64,000 nt of DNA from Elusimicrobiota bacterium (GTDB taxonomy: Bacteria; Elusimicrobiota; Elusimicrobia; F11), in NCBI GenBank assembly GCA_046153645.1, contig JBJXGI010000053.1, positions 15,512 to 79,511 of the forward strand, written 5' to 3'. The notes beneath the pieces were generated by a model. That model had not been told where the DNA came from and ran no database searches. It saw only the letters and a list, made by a program, of their open reading frames with translations. This document shows positions 62,224 to 64,000 of this stretch, piece by piece. The translations under genes and the position numbers were made by a program. Numbering within the stretch: position 1 is the stretch's first letter; each line of letters opens with the position of its first letter.

Positions 62224-64000
62224 GCGGCCACTAATACACTTCGGAAGAAGTCAACCAAAGAATTGACTTGTAAAACATCCAACGGCGGGAACAGAATAAT
62301 TTGGTTGTTACGTGACAATCCAACCGCTAATTGAAACCCATGAATAAAGATGAGCGGATACTGACCCTGAAATGAAGCAAGCTCTTCTTTCGAAATAGTG
62401 GCGTCTTTAAATTTATTATTCTCAACACGAACATCAAAAATAATTTCTGATTGATCTTCTAAGAGTTTGTATTTTCTTAACAACGTTAAAGCCTTCTTCA
62501 CTTCATCTTCCGTTTCTGTTGAATCAACAACGATATCAGTAGAAACATGAAGCCCTGCTTCCATCAAACGTGCCATAACGGCAACACGAGTTACCTTTTC
62601 AGATTTTTCTCCTTTCAACAACAATAAATGCTTATTTGATACCTTTGTTTCAGATCTCCGCTCTCCGACTTGAATTCCTTTGGCTATGATGAGTGCCATT
62701 AACATTTCCACCAATTCTTCTATTTCTTCTTGATTGAACTTCTTTTTATTTTCCTCTTTTATCTTTGCTGTAAGCCCCTGTACCAAACTTCCTTCAAAAT
62801 CAGAATCTTTGACCCACTGAGATAGCTGCGCTATCAATGCAGCCTCATTATCAAATTGAGCTTGACCTGTTTGTCCGACACCAAATGGTTTTATTTCACC
62901 TAACACATCACTAATATTATTATTCACAAGACCTGCACCCAATTGAGAAAGCCATTCACTCCCCTTCTCTCCCCTCTCCCGTGGCAACGGGAGAGGGTTA
63001 GGGTGAGGGATCAATCCAGCTACCTCTACCAAAACCAACACCACCACCAAACCCACAACCAAAGGCGCATAAATAACACTTAAGACAATCCCCACCAGAG
63101 CCCCAGCCTGAACTCCATAAGCCACAGTTTCTCTTTTAGAAACATAGGCATGTGTCAGTTCATGAATGGGAACAAGGAATATGTTTAGGAAAAAATGTGT
63201 GCCAAACCGAACAATAAAGCGGGGATGAGTGAGAAGACGAAAAAGAAAGGGATTCACTACAAATTGCGCAGGCGTTGTTTCTGTTTTTGGTTTGAATTCG
63301 AGAAAGTCAATTCCTCTAGATGAAACAGCGTCAAAACCATATAACTTTAGCTTGCCATTTAGCTGTGTAGATGGCTCGCCAGCCAGCTCTGTGGCTGGAG
63401 GCCCCGTTTCTCCTGTTCCTCCTAAATATTTTTCTATCCTGATAAACGAAAAAACAGTCAACCAGAGAAAACCGAAGAAACTCAAAACAATCAGTGACAC
63501 TGTTTTTATAAGCCCAGCTGTTTCTCCCTCACCGAGTAATCCAACAATGAGTCCAGTGATAGAAACAGGAGCAATCACAGCCAGTGTAAGTGAGGCATTT
63601 CTCAGGTTGATGGGGTTTGTAACAACTTCAGAACCAGTATCGTTAACATCAAGCTCATAGAATATCTCCAACTCTTTAACTGCTTTAAATATAGACCTCC
63701 ATGCTACCTCTTGATCAACTATACGTTGATTCATCTCATTTATGGACTCAGGAACGTCTTGTGGTCCAATAGCAATCGCTGGATTATTTTCATCTAAACC
63801 ATATTTTTGAAAAAGAGTAGCAGTTATTATGCCGGAAGGTATTTTCTGGGAGTGAAAATCCCCAATAGGATAGTACAATCTGCTTCCTGCTGGAGCGCTT
63901 CTAGAAAGACGAGACCGAACGTGAACCAATTCGTCCATTGGCGTAATACGATCTCTCAAAGGGGTTCGGTATTTCCGAAAAATCTGTTCTCCAGAAAGTC
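62220..64000 (-). CDS. giant mosaic membrane protein, paralog C; N-terminus lies beyond the right window edge
   Basis: The track starts it at TTG 63959, but the frame stays open to position 64000 (LSGEQIFRKYRTP precedes it). It has the membrane HExxH block VPIHELTHAYV and a C-terminal module that aligns by eye with the last roughly 350 aa of paralog B. Confidence 0.75.
   Translation of the reverse strand, partial: LSGEQIFRKYRTPLRDRITPMDELVHVRSRLSRSAPAGSRLYYPIGDFHSQKIPSGIITATLFQKYGLDENNPAIAIGPQDVPESINEMNQRIVDQEVAWRSIFKAVKELEIFYELDVNDTGSEVVTNPINLRNASLTLAVIAPVSITGLIVGLLGEGETAGLIKTVSLIVLSFFGFLWLTVFSFIRIEKYLGGTGETGPPATELAGEPSTQLNGKLKLYGFDAVSSRGIDFLEFKPKTETTPAQFVVNPFLFRLLTHPRFIVRFGTHFFLNIFLVPIHELTHAYVSKRETVAYGVQAGALVGIVLSVIYAPLVVGLVVVLVLVEVAGLIPHPNPLPLPRERGEKGSEWLSQLGAGLVNNNISDVLGEIKPFGVGQTGQAQFDNEAALIAQLSQWVKDSDFEGSLVQGLTAKIKEENKKKFNQEEIEELVEMLMALIIAKGIQVGERRSETKVSNKHLLLLKGEKSEKVTRVAVMARLMEAGLHVSTDIVVDSTETEDEVKKALTLLRKYKLLEDQSEIIFDVRVENNKFKDATISKEELASFQGQYPLIFIHGFQLAVGLSRNNQIILFPPLDVLQVNSLVDFFRSVLVAA
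62952..63010. repeat. GC-rich palindromic mini-element, in frame in paralog C (encodes PHPNPLPLPRERGEKGSE)
   Basis: The plus strand reads ccccttctctcCCCTCTCCCGtggcaaCGGGAGAGGGttagggtgaggga, with a 10-bp stem at 62972-62997. Its reverse complement matches the element at 36788 (CCCTCACCCT-R-ACCCTCTCCC...GGGAGAGGG). Confidence 0.8.

Noticed and set aside
1-64000. Search for tRNA, rRNA, CRISPR arrays, IS elements/transposases, integrases and prophage genes
   Set aside because: None of the few spacers longer than 100 nt (2573-2733, 3154-3279, 12179-12476, 49631-49869, 58201-58350, 60937-61056) shows tRNA-like conserved arms or regularly spaced direct repeats. No ORF has transposase or integrase motifs that I recognise.

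Overview
AT-rich, very gene-dense bacterial chromosome segment. Many neighbouring genes overlap by 4 nt, and almost every gene from 5.8 kb to 49.6 kb is on the minus strand. I found no rRNA, tRNA, CRISPR array, transposase or phage genes.

Housekeeping content: korAB-type 2-oxoacid:ferredoxin oxidoreductase, queC/queE, murI, an Amidase_3 cell-wall amidase, glmS-pdxJ-glmM, cdaA, ftsH, tilS, an ExbB-ExbD-ExbD-TonB cluster next to a 1007-aa TPR protein, gpmA, sodC, a DsbA-like oxidoreductase and clpB.

Two cis-regulatory elements can be read directly. One is a SAM-I riboswitch with a terminator, in front of a ThrC-like / MoaD-like(GG-Cys) / NIL / HNH operon. The other is a near-perfect CIRCE (HrcA) operator in front of clpB.

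The unusual part is a family of giant mosaic membrane proteins: 2119 aa, 2171 aa, and a third copy cut by the right window edge. They share modules but carry different enzyme-like domains: TraB/Tiki-like, DUF218-like, UDP-glucose-pyrophosphorylase-like, CPBP protease-like, GHKL-like and membrane HExxH.
- Two of the three sit next to paralogous COG1373-type AAA ATPases with conspicuous palindromic upstream regions.
- Two of the three carry in-frame GC-rich palindromic mini-elements, in both orientations.
- The Fic / 2171-aa / ATPase block looks inserted into an otherwise conserved cdaA...glmM...glmS neighbourhood.

All functional calls come from reading motifs in the translations. No database search or folding program was available, so domain calls inside the giant proteins are hypotheses.
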